Shown here one piece after another: positions 1 through 9,232 of a stretch of 64,000 bases of DNA (its first letter is position 1; each line of letters starts with the position of its first letter). The stretch is taken from NCBI GenBank assembly GCA_964481865.1, contig CAYZUG010000003.1, positions 38,295-102,294 of the forward strand, given 5' to 3'. This DNA is from an uncultured Thermomonas sp. GTDB lineage: Bacteria > Pseudomonadota > Gammaproteobacteria > Xanthomonadales > Xanthomonadaceae. The translations under genes were made by a program, and so were the position numbers. A model generated the notes under the pieces. The model made no database searches. It had not been told where the DNA came from and was given only the letters and a program-made list of their open reading frames with translations.

Positions 1-4
1 AAGG

Positions 5-37
5 AAATCTGGAAAGAGCCGCGTATTCTAGCGGCTC
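5..37 (-). terminator. Rho-independent terminator closing the long minus-strand sulfide-stress operon
   Basis: GAGCCGC (16-22) and GCGGCTC (31-37) form a 7-bp stem with an 8-nt loop. On the minus strand it is followed by TTTCCAGATTTCC. It lies just downstream of the hydrolase stop at 40-42. Confidence 0.55.
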
Positions 38-39
38 CC

Positions 40-978
40 CTATGGGGATTGCAAGCAGCTTTGTATCATCTGTTCAAAATGCGCTTGGTCATAGCGCATC
101 AGAATCGCTGCATTATCGCTGGCGCCAGTTTGCCGGTTCCAATCCACAATGGTGGCGCCACGCGCATGCTGCCCAGCAACTTCAACCGCCAAAGGACGTT
201 GCACAACATCTTGGGCATTTTCTGGCGACAGCGCCTGCGCCATCGCCAAGGCATCAGCCACATGCCAACGCTCCCCACGCCCCGATTGCGCCCATTGCCG
301 CGTCTTCGCAGAAATAGAGGCATAAAACTGGGCTTGCGATGTGTCCGATGTCAGCCATTGCGCAACATCACGGTGCGGGATGCCGTGAGCCAACACAGCT
401 TCCCAATCCACCAGCTCAATCATCGGGAAAGCAGAAAACACGATATGCGCGGCTTCAGGATCGAATGCGATATTGAACTCCGCCGCCGGCGTGATATTGC
501 CATGTGCCGTTACGGCTCCGCCCATCACCACACAGCGGGCAATACGCTGCGGAAGGGTTGGATCCAGTTTCAATGCCAATGCCACATTGGTCAGCGGACC
601 TAAAGCCACCAATAAGAGCTTTCCTGCATATTCATGCGATAGCCGCAATATCGCCAATGCGGCGTGCTCTGCTGCAACGGATTGTCTGGCTGGCGTATAG
701 CCCGTGTCGCCGAAGCCATCCATGCCATGCACATAAGCGGCATCACGTGCAGGAAAAACCAGCGGCGTATCTGCGCCAGAAAAAACCGGCACATCGACCT
801 GACACACTTCACACAATTTCAGTGCATTGGCGACCGTGTGCTGCAACCCCACATTACCGGCTGCAATCGTCAACCCCACCACTGCATGTGCGGGGGAGTG
901 AAACGCCATCATCAGCGCCAGAGCATCATCCACACCCGGATCGGTGTCGATCAATAACGGAATACGATGTTTATCCAT
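40..978 (-). CDS. Inosine-uridine preferring nucleoside hydrolase (IUNH) family protein
   Basis: The N-terminal motif LLIDTDPGVDDALAL is the IUNH signature. ATG 978 (MDKHRIPLLIDTD) gives a typical N-terminus. The tracked ORF extends to GTG 1008, which abuts the upstream stop. Confidence 0.8.
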   Translation of the reverse strand: MDKHRIPLLIDTDPGVDDALALMMAFHSPAHAVVGLTIAAGNVGLQHTVANALKLCEVCQVDVPVFSGADTPLVFPARDAAYVHGMDGFGDTGYTPARQSVAAEHAALAILRLSHEYAGKLLLVALGPLTNVALALKLDPTLPQRIARCVVMGGAVTAHGNITPAAEFNIAFDPEAAHIVFSAFPMIELVDWEAVLAHGIPHRDVAQWLTSDTSQAQFYASISAKTRQWAQSGRGERWHVADALAMAQALSPENAQDVVQRPLAVEVAGQHARGATIVDWNRQTGASDNAAILMRYDQAHFEQMIQSCLQSP

Positions 979-1008
979 TTCCCCATTATGCGGGAATCGA
1001 AACAACAC

Positions 1009-2142
1009 TCAACGATAGCGACGCAAATAGCGTTTCTCGAATGCCGACTTCATCCAATGCATCGCCTTCATCGGCGGCAATGCCCGCGAACGCGATGTGC
1101 TGCGCGTTATCAACATGCCTTGGTTCAGGCTGTCGATAATGCACATCAGTTCACTGCGGAAGACTTCCTGCACTGGCTGCCCACGCAATTCGCGCAAAAG
1201 ATTCCGTGCAGCCACTTCCGCATGCAGATCCGCTTGATGCGCCTGCTTCGGCATCCACTCAGGGCCAGGGAAACTGCCGCCATCACCAGCAACATAGGTA
1301 CACGCCACAGCCGGTACGCGGCATGTTGCTTCACCTTGTACAAAACCACCAGGTGAGCGTGGCAATGTGGTGTTATCCAGCCATGCCTGCCCGGTCAGTC
1401 CCGACATGAACAGCAGCAAATCGCAGTCGATCCGGGTTTTCTCCAACTGCACGGCATGTTTCTCAAACTGCTGCGGCTTTTCACCAAGCACGGTTTCAAT
1501 ACCACGCCGCTGCATTTCGCCAAGAATCAAGTTAACGGCATGCTCGCCTAAACGCTGCCCAGGCTTATCGGAAGGGCTGAAGAAAACCAGACGGAATCTG
1601 TCACGGCGCTTTTGCTGACGCAGCAAGGTATCAATACCCAGCACAAATTCAAAAATCGGCCCACCACGCATGGCGATAGGCTCGTTCGGATTGCTGCCAA
1701 ACCCGAAGCACAAGGTACCTTCTTGCAGTTGCGCAAGCCGATCACGCACCGCCTCACCGGCATCCACGCCTTCGCATGGAATGATGGCGTGTTCAATTCC
1801 CGGCAACTTGCGGATAAAACGCGCACCAGTGGCAATCATCAGCCCGTCGTTTTCCACATCACCCGCATCGGTATACAACACGCGACCATCCGCCGATAAA
1901 CCGGTGGCATGTGCACGGTGAAATTGAATCTTGTTCCGCCGCAAGAACGCATCCAACGGCACGACAAGATCCTCACGTTTGCGCTTCCCTGAAGGCAGCC
2001 AAATGGTTCCTGGAAGGTAATGCAACTCGGCAGCCGGTGACACCAGCGTCAACTCCGCATCAGGCGCTTCTTTGCGCAAAGTGCGCAACGCCGTCAGCCC
2101 CGCAAACCCAGCTCCAACAACGGTAATTCGTGGCGCTGCCAT
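1009..2142 (-). CDS. SQR-like FAD-dependent pyridine nucleotide-disulfide oxidoreductase (second SQR paralog)
   Basis: It has the Rossmann motif ITVVGAGFAGLTA. Cysteine contexts GTLCFGFGSN and ELMCIIDSLNQG sit where the SQR redox cysteines lie. AGGAG is 5 nt upstream of ATG 2142. Confidence 0.7.
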   Translation of the reverse strand: MAAPRITVVGAGFAGLTALRTLRKEAPDAELTLVSPAAELHYLPGTIWLPSGKRKREDLVVPLDAFLRRNKIQFHRAHATGLSADGRVLYTDAGDVENDGLMIATGARFIRKLPGIEHAIIPCEGVDAGEAVRDRLAQLQEGTLCFGFGSNPNEPIAMRGGPIFEFVLGIDTLLRQQKRRDRFRLVFFSPSDKPGQRLGEHAVNLILGEMQRRGIETVLGEKPQQFEKHAVQLEKTRIDCDLLLFMSGLTGQAWLDNTTLPRSPGGFVQGEATCRVPAVACTYVAGDGGSFPGPEWMPKQAHQADLHAEVAARNLLRELRGQPVQEVFRSELMCIIDSLNQGMLITRSTSRSRALPPMKAMHWMKSAFEKRYLRRYR

Positions 2143-2144
2143 GT

Positions 2145-2675
2145 TTACTCCTGTTCACTCAAACCAAGTGCTGCTTTCAACTTGGTCTCGAAATCTGTCA
2201 CCCCTGCATGACGCCCAAGCTGCAATGCTTCACTTGCTGGCAGATCATCAAACATGGCTTGCTCAAGTGCCAGCAAGCTTCCCGCACGGTTGGCGCTGCC
2301 ACAATGCACGAGGACTTGCCCATGTGTGGGCTGTAATGCTGCATGCAGAAGCTGCGCATTTTCGCGTGTCAGCCCTTCTGCACCTTTGACAGGAATGGCG
2401 ATGTAGTCCATTCCTGCCGCACGCACTTCAGCTGCCTCATCACGGCCTTCTAGCTCACCCGGCATGCGCAAATCAATGACACGCTGAACACCCTTGGCAC
2501 GAATCACCGACCAATCACCTGCGCCAGGTTGGTTGGAGGTATAAAGCCCCGGAGCTGGCTGTAACAGTTTGAATGCGGGCTTAGCTGCAGAGGCTGCGCC
2601 ACCATTTCCGTGCGCGCAGCCCACAAGCATCCCAACAAGCCCATAAAGCACGACCGTTTGGGCAAAACCACGCAT
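2145..2675 (-). CDS. DUF442 / PTP-fold sulfurtransferase-like lipoprotein
   Basis: Starting at ATG 2675 gives a lipoprotein signal, MRGFAQTVVLYGLVGMLVGC. An active-site-like loop, VHCGSANRAG, is present. The tracked N-terminal extension to 2735 would overlap the upstream gene. Confidence 0.55.
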   Translation of the reverse strand: MRGFAQTVVLYGLVGMLVGCAHGNGGAASAAKPAFKLLQPAPGLYTSNQPGAGDWSVIRAKGVQRVIDLRMPGELEGRDEAAEVRAAGMDYIAIPVKGAEGLTRENAQLLHAALQPTHGQVLVHCGSANRAGSLLALEQAMFDDLPASEALQLGRHAGVTDFETKLKAALGLSEQE

Positions 2676-2679
2676 GGAA

Positions 2680-3033
2680 TCAGCCCGCCTGCTCTGGCGA
2701 AAGCTCATCGAATGCACGCAGCGCCTCTGCCGCATAAATCATGGATGGGCCTGCCCCCATGTAGATGGCCATGGAAAGTGTTTCCAAAATTTCTTCGCGG
2801 GTTGCGCCAGCCTTGATCGCCGCCTTGGCATGAAAACCAATGCAACCATCACAGCGCACGGCGATGGCAATTCCCATGGCGATCAGCTCTTTGGTTTTGA
2901 CATCCAATGCACCTGGCTTGAGTGCCTCGCTCGCCAATGATGAAAACCCGCGCATGGGATCAGGCGCACCTTTGCGCAGGGTGGAAATAGCAGCATTAAG
3001 ATCGTTGATCAAATCAGGAAAAGACTGGCTCAT
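2680..3033 (-). CDS. Carboxymuconolactone decarboxylase family (AhpD-like) protein with a CxxC motif
   Basis: The protein is 117 aa with the motif AVRCDGCIGFH, typical of AhpD/CMD-fold thiol proteins. A strong AAGGAG lies 6 nt upstream of ATG 3033. Confidence 0.8.
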   Translation of the reverse strand: MSQSFPDLINDLNAAISTLRKGAPDPMRGFSSLASEALKPGALDVKTKELIAMGIAIAVRCDGCIGFHAKAAIKAGATREEILETLSMAIYMGAGPSMIYAAEALRAFDELSPEQAG

Positions 3034-3060
3034 GAAACACTCCTTTATTCAAATGTCATT

Positions 3061-3495
3061 TCAAAGATAGTGACGCACCCAACGGGCGATATCTGCAGCA
3101 CCCATCGCACCCGACTGCCTCGCAAGTTCGCGTCCCTGCTGAAACAGCACCAAAGTTGGGATGCTGCGGATTGCATAACGCCCACCCAGTGCGGGCTGTG
3201 CTTCCGTATCCACTTTGGCAAGCCGCAATTGCGGCTCCAATTGCGCTGCTGCCGTAGCAAAATGCGGTGCCATCATCTGACAGGGGCCACACCATGGCGC
3301 CCAGAAGTCAACGACAACCGGCAGCTCTGCGCGCTCAACATGCGCATGAAACCCTGCCGCATCCAATGCCACTGGTTCGCCCAAGAAAAGAGCCGTGCCA
3401 CACTTCCCGCAGACCGGTGCATCGGCAAGACGTTGTGCGGGTACACGGTTCAACCCATGGCAGACAGGGCAAGCGACTACAACGGCATCATGCAT
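3061..3495 (-). CDS. trxC: Thioredoxin 2 (zinc-finger thioredoxin)
   Basis: It has an N-terminal zinc finger (CPVC...CGKC) and the WCGPC active site. ATG 3495 follows a GAGG Shine-Dalgarno (SD) sequence. The tracked TTG 3510 start overlaps the OsmC stop. Confidence 0.85.
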   Translation of the reverse strand: MHDAVVVACPVCHGLNRVPAQRLADAPVCGKCGTALFLGEPVALDAAGFHAHVERAELPVVVDFWAPWCGPCQMMAPHFATAAAQLEPQLRLAKVDTEAQPALGGRYAIRSIPTLVLFQQGRELARQSGAMGAADIARWVRHYL

Positions 3496-3506
3496 GTCAG
3501 CCTCAC

Positions 3507-3977
3507 TCAAGCCGTTGTTGCGCCGGGCACATGCACGGCGCCTTGTGCATCCACAATCTGCACATCCACCTGCATGCCCTCACGCACGCTTTGGGTCACG
3601 ATGCAAAACTCCTCAAACTGCGCCAGCACACGTTCAAAATGCACCAGATCTGCGGCCTTATCAGCAAGATGAATTGCAACCTGCGCCCGCGCTAAACGCC
3701 AGCGCCCTTCTGCATTGCGCTCTTTATTGGCAACGATCTCGGCACGAATGGGGCCTGGCGTATTCTTGAATTTACGCAATGCAAAAAGCAGACTTGCCGC
3801 CAAGCAGTTCGCCACACCAGCCAGCAACAGTGCGGCTGGGTTCGGTCCTGTTCCCTCACCCAGAGGTGCTGGTTCATCTGTATGCAGTGCATCCAGATCC
3901 GTGCCTTCAAAACTCACCTTGAAGGCATACAACCCTTCTTGTTCAAGCAATAACCGAATACCACCTTGTTCGCTCAC
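3507..3977 (-). CDS. OsmC/Ohr family peroxiredoxin-like protein
   Basis: The OsmC cysteine pair is present in typical contexts (GVANCLAAS and EEFCIVTQS). GTG 3977 is preceded by AAAGGAGAGA. The tracked start at 4022 would overlap the upstream gene. Confidence 0.8.
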   Translation of the reverse strand: MSEQGGIRLLLEQEGLYAFKVSFEGTDLDALHTDEPAPLGEGTGPNPAALLLAGVANCLAASLLFALRKFKNTPGPIRAEIVANKERNAEGRWRLARAQVAIHLADKAADLVHFERVLAQFEEFCIVTQSVREGMQVDVQIVDAQGAVHVPGATTA

Positions 3978-3988
3978 GCTTCTCTCCT

Positions 3989-4657
3989 TTATTGCTGGAT
4001 GGTTGTGGGTACTTCTACCCATAAGGCACCACGCAAGTCGCCTTCATGAAAGCCAACGGCCTGATCATCGGGATACAGACGATTCAATGCAGCCTGTGTT
4101 TCTTTTGACAATGCACTGCCATGACAGGCCAGACACATTGGCTCCACTGGAATACCGCGCATCATGCGTAAAGCAACGCCTTCTGGCAAAGACTGGGTTT
4201 CCAATGCCACCAATTCACTTATTGGGGTACCCGCTGCCAGTTGTTCCTGAAAATTATTGAGCCCATCCACCTGCCATGCCTCAGCCGTATTGGCTGGACT
4301 GCGCTGCCGATCAGCAACCGGCACACGTCCTAGACGCACACCGAATTCTTCTGAAACACGCGCTGCGATCAACGGCGCCTCATCATGACAGAAGGTGATC
4401 GCACCTTCGGTTCCACCGACTTCCAGCTTTTCCATCAATGCTGATTTCAATGCACCACTGAATGTTTTTGCTGCCTGCTGCGCCTTGTCTTTGGCAAGTG
4501 CAATGTCAGCGACGGAGGCAGCAGATGCGCTTGCATCAAGAGCATCGCCATCGACATTTTGTGCTGGCGGCTCTACTGCCGAACATGCCGCCAAGGATGC
4601 TGCCACGATGACCGCATATGCCGTGGCCTTGAGCATCGTCCTATTTGTCTTCCTCAC
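3989..4657 (-). CDS. DUF3365 (Tll0287-like) lipoprotein with a c-type heme motif
   Basis: It has a signal peptide and lipobox (AVIVAASLAAC) and a CxxCH motif (PMCLACHG). The GTG start overlaps the RND stop as GTGA, with AGGGGA 7 nt upstream. Confidence 0.65.
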   Translation of the reverse strand: MRKTNRTMLKATAYAVIVAASLAACSAVEPPAQNVDGDALDASASAASVADIALAKDKAQQAAKTFSGALKSALMEKLEVGGTEGAITFCHDEAPLIAARVSEEFGVRLGRVPVADRQRSPANTAEAWQVDGLNNFQEQLAAGTPISELVALETQSLPEGVALRMMRGIPVEPMCLACHGSALSKETQAALNRLYPDDQAVGFHEGDLRGALWVEVPTTIQQ

Positions 4658-7600
4658 AAGATATCCCCTGCTTTTTCGCCATCATGCTGGCGCAATACGA
4701 AATACAACAATGGGATCACCACCAGCGTCAAAATGGTGCTGACCAAAATACCGAAGATCAACGAGATTGCCAGCCCATTGAAAATGGGATCATCAAGAAT
4801 GAAGAACGCACCCAGCATGGCTGCCACTGCCGTCAAAGCAATGGGTTTGGCACGCACCGCACATGCATCAATGACAGCCTCCACCAGCGGCACACCGCGT
4901 GCCGTTTCCTGATTGATGAAATCCACAAGAAGAATGGAGTTGCGCACGATGATCCCAGCCAGCGCGATCATGCCAATCATTGATGTGGCAGTGAACTGCT
5001 TGCCCAATAACGCGTGACCTGGCATCACCCCAATTACCGTCAATGGAATCGGCGCCATGATCACCAATGGCACGAGATAACTACGAAACTGCGCCACCAC
5101 CAAGAGGTAGATCAACACCATGCCAGCGGCGTAGGCGATGCCCATGTCGCGGAACGTTTCATAGGTGATCTGCCACTCACCATCCCACTTCACCGCATAA
5201 CGACTGGTATCGGTTGGCTGAGTAATGAAGGTCTGCGCAAGGGTTTGCCCGGCGACTTGCTTGTCATCAAGCTGCCCGACAATGCCAAACATGCCATACA
5301 ACGGGCTGTCCAGTTTTCCGGCTTCATCTGCTGTGACATACACCACTGGCAAGCCATCCTTGTGATGAATCGCGCCATCCCACTGCGCCTGTTCAACGCG
5401 CACCAACTCCGACAACGGCACCAGCTGCCCTTGCCCACCGCGGACTTTCAATGCAAGCAATGATGCCAGGCTGGCTTGATCCTGAGCTGGCAAGCGCAGA
5501 CGCACAGGGCGAGGATATTTAGATGCCCCATCATGCACATAGGTGGCATCCACTCCTGACACTGCCATGGCAATGGCATCGGCAATCGTCGATTGCGGCA
5601 CGCCTAATCGTGCGGCACGTTCACGATCCACTACAACCCACTCACGCGGCGCATCATGTTCGACGCTGGTGTCCAAGTCCACAATGCCTTCGGTGGTTGC
5701 AAAGTGTTCCTGCGCCAAAGCAAGAGCGACTTTACGTTGGCCGGCATAATCTGGCCCGTACACTTCGGCAACCAACGGTGACAGCACAGGTGGCCCGGGT
5801 GGCACTTCCACAACCTTCACCGATGCGCCGTATTGCTCGCCAACTTTGGCCAGCATGGGACGAATTGCCAAGGCGATCTCGTGGCTTTGGCGACTGCGCT
5901 CATGCTTGTCAACAAGATTGACTTGCAAGTCGCCCACATTGCTTCCGCTGCGCAAGAAGTATTGACGCACCAATCCATTGAAGTTGATCGGTGCGGCAGT
6001 CCCTGCATAGGCTTGGTAGTTCAGCACTTCCGGCACTGTATCCAGTTTGGCAGCCAACTCGGTAAGCAAGGCATTGGTTTGCTCCAACGTGCTTCCTTCC
6101 GGCATATCTACCACAACCTGCACTTCCGACTTGTTGTCCAGTGGCAGCATCTTCAACACCACCAGCTTGAACACCGCCAAGGACGCCGCAAGCAGCACCA
6201 ACCCTGCCATCCCGGCAAACAGCAAGCCACGCTTGCGGGCAGCACCATTACCACACAGGAAGGGGGTCATGACACGCTCAAACAAACGATGCAGCCAGCC
6301 CGCCTGCTTTTCTTCAAGCGCGTGATCAGCATCGTTTCCGTGCCCATGCCGCGCCAGCAACTTCAACGACAACCATGGGGTCACGATCAAAGCGATCAGC
6401 AAGGACAACAACATCCCGACTGAAGCATTGATGGGAATAGGACGCATGTATGGCCCCATCAGACCGGAAACAAAAGCCATCGGCATCAACGCCGCGATCA
6501 CTGTGAAGGTGGCAAGAATGGTGGGACCACCCACTTCATCGACTGCTGGCGGTATGGCTTCAAACAGGGTTTTCCCGCCTTTGGCCATGTGCCGGTGAAT
6601 GTTCTCCACCACCACGATAGCATCGTCTACCAGAATACCGATGGAGAAAATCAAGGCGAACAATGACACACGGTTCAGCGTAAAGCCCATCACTTTGGAT
6701 GCAAACAACGTCATCGCCAGTGTCAGAATGACCGCCGCACCCACCACGATCGCTTCGCGCCAGCCCAGTGCAAACAGCACCAGCAGCACCACACTGCCGG
6801 TTGCGAAGACAAGTTTCTGGATCAGCTTCTGTGCCTTGTCGCTTGCAGTTGCGCCGTAATCACGGGTAATGCTGACCTGCACACCATCTGGAATCAGTTC
6901 ACCCTCAAGATGTTTGACACGTTGCGCAATCGCTGTCGTGATGTCACTGGCATTGCTGCCTGGCTTTTTCGCAATCGCCATGGTGACCGCAGGAACGCTA
7001 CCTGTTTGTGGCCCCGCACGCCCGGCTGGGGCGCCATACCAGACGTAACGACTGGCGATATCACCTCGTGGCTCAATCGTGGCCACATCGGAAAGCAACA
7101 GTGGTTTCCCTGCATGGCTGCCAATCACCAAGTTTGCGACTTCATCGGCGCTCGCCAGATACTGTCCTGCAGTGACGGGAAGCGCACCCAGTTGCGTATC
7201 CACGCGCTCTCCCGCTTGCTGCACGACATTGGCGGCCTGCAATGCCTGCGCCAAATCATTGGCTGCCATGGTGTACGCAGCCAACTTCGTCATATCCAAC
7301 GTCACCAGCACACTACGATCCGGTGCACCAATCGTGTAAATATCGCGCGTGCCGGGGATACGTTTGAGATCTGCTTCCAGCGAATGCGCCACTTCAGCAA
7401 GTGCTGTGGCATCGGTATGCGGATCATCACTCCACAAGGTCAATGCCATCACCGGCACATCATCAATGCCCTTGGGTTTGACAATGGGCTGCCCCACACC
7501 GGCATGTTGCGGCAGAAAGTCAGCGTTTGAAAAAACCTGGTTATACAAACGTACCAATGCAGGTTGACGGGCGATGCCAACTTCAAACTCAACGGTCAGA

Positions 7601-7896
7601 ACTGCCATCCCGGGGCGACTGATCGAGTAAACGTGCTTGACGCCCTCAATTTCCGATAGCTTTTGCTCCAGTGGTGTCGCCACCCATTGCTCAACATCCT
7701 GCGCACTGGCACCGGTAAAAGGCACCATGACATTGGCCATAGTGACGTCGATTTGTGGTTCTTCTTCACGCGGGGTGATAGCCACTGCCAACAACCCAAG
7801 CAACAACCCCATCACCGCCAAAATTGGCGTCAATGGGTTTGACTGGAAGGTCGCTGCCAACCAACCAGAAATCCCGAAACGCTGCCCGTTAGTCAC
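4654..7896 (-). CDS. Efflux RND transporter permease subunit
   Basis: The protein is about 1080 aa with RND architecture, including DDAIVVVENI and two large periplasmic loops. GTG 7896 has GGAGG 8 nt upstream and overlaps the adaptor stop by 8 nt. The tracked TTG 7929 start is less likely. Confidence 0.9.
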   Translation of the reverse strand: MTNGQRFGISGWLAATFQSNPLTPILAVMGLLLGLLAVAITPREEEPQIDVTMANVMVPFTGASAQDVEQWVATPLEQKLSEIEGVKHVYSISRPGMAVLTVEFEVGIARQPALVRLYNQVFSNADFLPQHAGVGQPIVKPKGIDDVPVMALTLWSDDPHTDATALAEVAHSLEADLKRIPGTRDIYTIGAPDRSVLVTLDMTKLAAYTMAANDLAQALQAANVVQQAGERVDTQLGALPVTAGQYLASADEVANLVIGSHAGKPLLLSDVATIEPRGDIASRYVWYGAPAGRAGPQTGSVPAVTMAIAKKPGSNASDITTAIAQRVKHLEGELIPDGVQVSITRDYGATASDKAQKLIQKLVFATGSVVLLVLFALGWREAIVVGAAVILTLAMTLFASKVMGFTLNRVSLFALIFSIGILVDDAIVVVENIHRHMAKGGKTLFEAIPPAVDEVGGPTILATFTVIAALMPMAFVSGLMGPYMRPIPINASVGMLLSLLIALIVTPWLSLKLLARHGHGNDADHALEEKQAGWLHRLFERVMTPFLCGNGAARKRGLLFAGMAGLVLLAASLAVFKLVVLKMLPLDNKSEVQVVVDMPEGSTLEQTNALLTELAAKLDTVPEVLNYQAYAGTAAPINFNGLVRQYFLRSGSNVGDLQVNLVDKHERSRQSHEIALAIRPMLAKVGEQYGASVKVVEVPPGPPVLSPLVAEVYGPDYAGQRKVALALAQEHFATTEGIVDLDTSVEHDAPREWVVVDRERAARLGVPQSTIADAIAMAVSGVDATYVHDGASKYPRPVRLRLPAQDQASLASLLALKVRGGQGQLVPLSELVRVEQAQWDGAIHHKDGLPVVYVTADEAGKLDSPLYGMFGIVGQLDDKQVAGQTLAQTFITQPTDTSRYAVKWDGEWQITYETFRDMGIAYAAGMVLIYLLVVAQFRSYLVPLVIMAPIPLTVIGVMPGHALLGKQFTATSMIGMIALAGIIVRNSILLVDFINQETARGVPLVEAVIDACAVRAKPIALTAVAAMLGAFFILDDPIFNGLAISLIFGILVSTILTLVVIPLLYFVLRQHDGEKAGDIL

Positions 7897-8989
7897 GCCC
7901 GCCCTCCGCTGCCTGACGCTGGGCAACAATCGCCTGCATTGCTGCTACAGGATCGCTGGCCACAACATCCCCTGCCTTCAGCCCAGTGATGACTTCAACC
8001 TGTTCTGCATGACGTGCGCCAAGGCGCAACTGCCGCAACAGCAACCGACCATCCTGCACTACATAGACACCCGTCAACTCACCACGCTGCACAATGCTGC
8101 TGGCAGGAATGCTTACGCCACCAATGGCTTCTTTCTCAGCTGTTGGTTCACCATCCGCCGGGAATATCACTTTTGCAGTTGTCCCCGGTGCAAGCGGGGT
8201 GTCGAGCTTGGGCAAATGCACGCGCACATTGACACTATGTGTCAGCGCATCTGCTGCAGGGAAAACAATCACTTCTGTCGCGTCCACCGACTGCCCATTG
8301 GCAAGCTGCACCTGCGCGCGCGGATCACGGCGAATGGCATCAGCACGCGTTTGCGGCACAGCGACTTCAATACGCAGAGCATCGGGGGCATACACCGCCA
8401 TCAACGCACGTCCCTGCGCAACCGTTTCGCCAAGCTCAACATGACGATTGGACACGATACCGCTATACGGAGCACGTACAACCGTATAAGCAGCCTGCTG
8501 TGCCGCCTGCGCCACCATTGCCGCGGCGGCATTGCGTGCAGCGACTGCTGAATCGCGTCCGGCACGTGCTTGATCAATCTGCGCCTTGGACACATATTGC
8601 GCATCCAAGAGTGCCATGTAGCGCTGATAGTTTTTCTCCGCTTCTTCTGCGCTGGCTTCCGCGGCACGCAACTGTGCACGTGCCGCATTGGCTCCTGCGT
8701 CCTGCTCCACCGCTGTGATCCGCAAGAGCACATCACCCGCCTTGACATGATCATTCACATCCACGGCAATCATGCTGACCCGGCCTGCAGTTTGCGCAGC
8801 CAGCTCCGCATTGCGCACAGCCTCAACAACGCCATCCCAGCCACGGCCTGGCAACGCCTGACCAGCCGCAACCGTGAATGTCGCCAGATCCGCTGGCAAT
8901 GCAGGGACTTGGGTGGAAGATTCATTGCCACAGGCCGCCAAAACCAACAGTGCGGGAAGCAGCAGGGAACGCAGGTTTCGCATAGTCAC
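7889..8989 (-). CDS. Efflux RND periplasmic adaptor (membrane fusion protein), lipoprotein
   Basis: It has a lipobox (LLVLAAC), an alanine-rich coiled-coil hairpin, and barrel-sandwich motifs typical of HlyD/AcrA-family adaptors. The start is either GTG 8989 or ATG 8983. Confidence 0.85.
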   Translation of the reverse strand: MTMRNLRSLLLPALLVLAACGNESSTQVPALPADLATFTVAAGQALPGRGWDGVVEAVRNAELAAQTAGRVSMIAVDVNDHVKAGDVLLRITAVEQDAGANAARAQLRAAEASAEEAEKNYQRYMALLDAQYVSKAQIDQARAGRDSAVAARNAAAAMVAQAAQQAAYTVVRAPYSGIVSNRHVELGETVAQGRALMAVYAPDALRIEVAVPQTRADAIRRDPRAQVQLANGQSVDATEVIVFPAADALTHSVNVRVHLPKLDTPLAPGTTAKVIFPADGEPTAEKEAIGGVSIPASSIVQRGELTGVYVVQDGRLLLRQLRLGARHAEQVEVITGLKAGDVVASDPVAAMQAIVAQRQAAEGGRD

Positions 8990-8995
8990 TTCTCG

Positions 8996-9208
8996 TTAGC
9001 AGCTACTGCAGGAAGAATCGCCACGGCCGATGCCGAGTTTTTTCATCACCATCGCAGCCGGGCAAAAACCGGTAAATGCCGATTGAAACAAATTCACGCC
9101 AATGAATGCGGTGAACCAGAAAAAGTTGGGGTGTACGAATTTGGTCAGCAGCAAGCTGATGATCACCATCACACCTGCAAATGCTTGAACAGCACGATCA
9201 AGACTCAT
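8996..9208 (-). CDS. DUF2892 (YgaP C-terminal-like) small membrane protein
   Basis: This 70-aa two-TM protein (RAVQAFAGVMVIISLLL...FTGFCPAAMVMKKLGI) ends in a Cys-rich tail. AGGAG is 7 nt upstream of ATG 9208. Confidence 0.75.
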   Translation of the reverse strand: MSLDRAVQAFAGVMVIISLLLTKFVHPNFFWFTAFIGVNLFQSAFTGFCPAAMVMKKLGIGRGDSSCSSC

Positions 9209-9232
9209 GGGAGTTCTCCTGGAAAATTTCAA

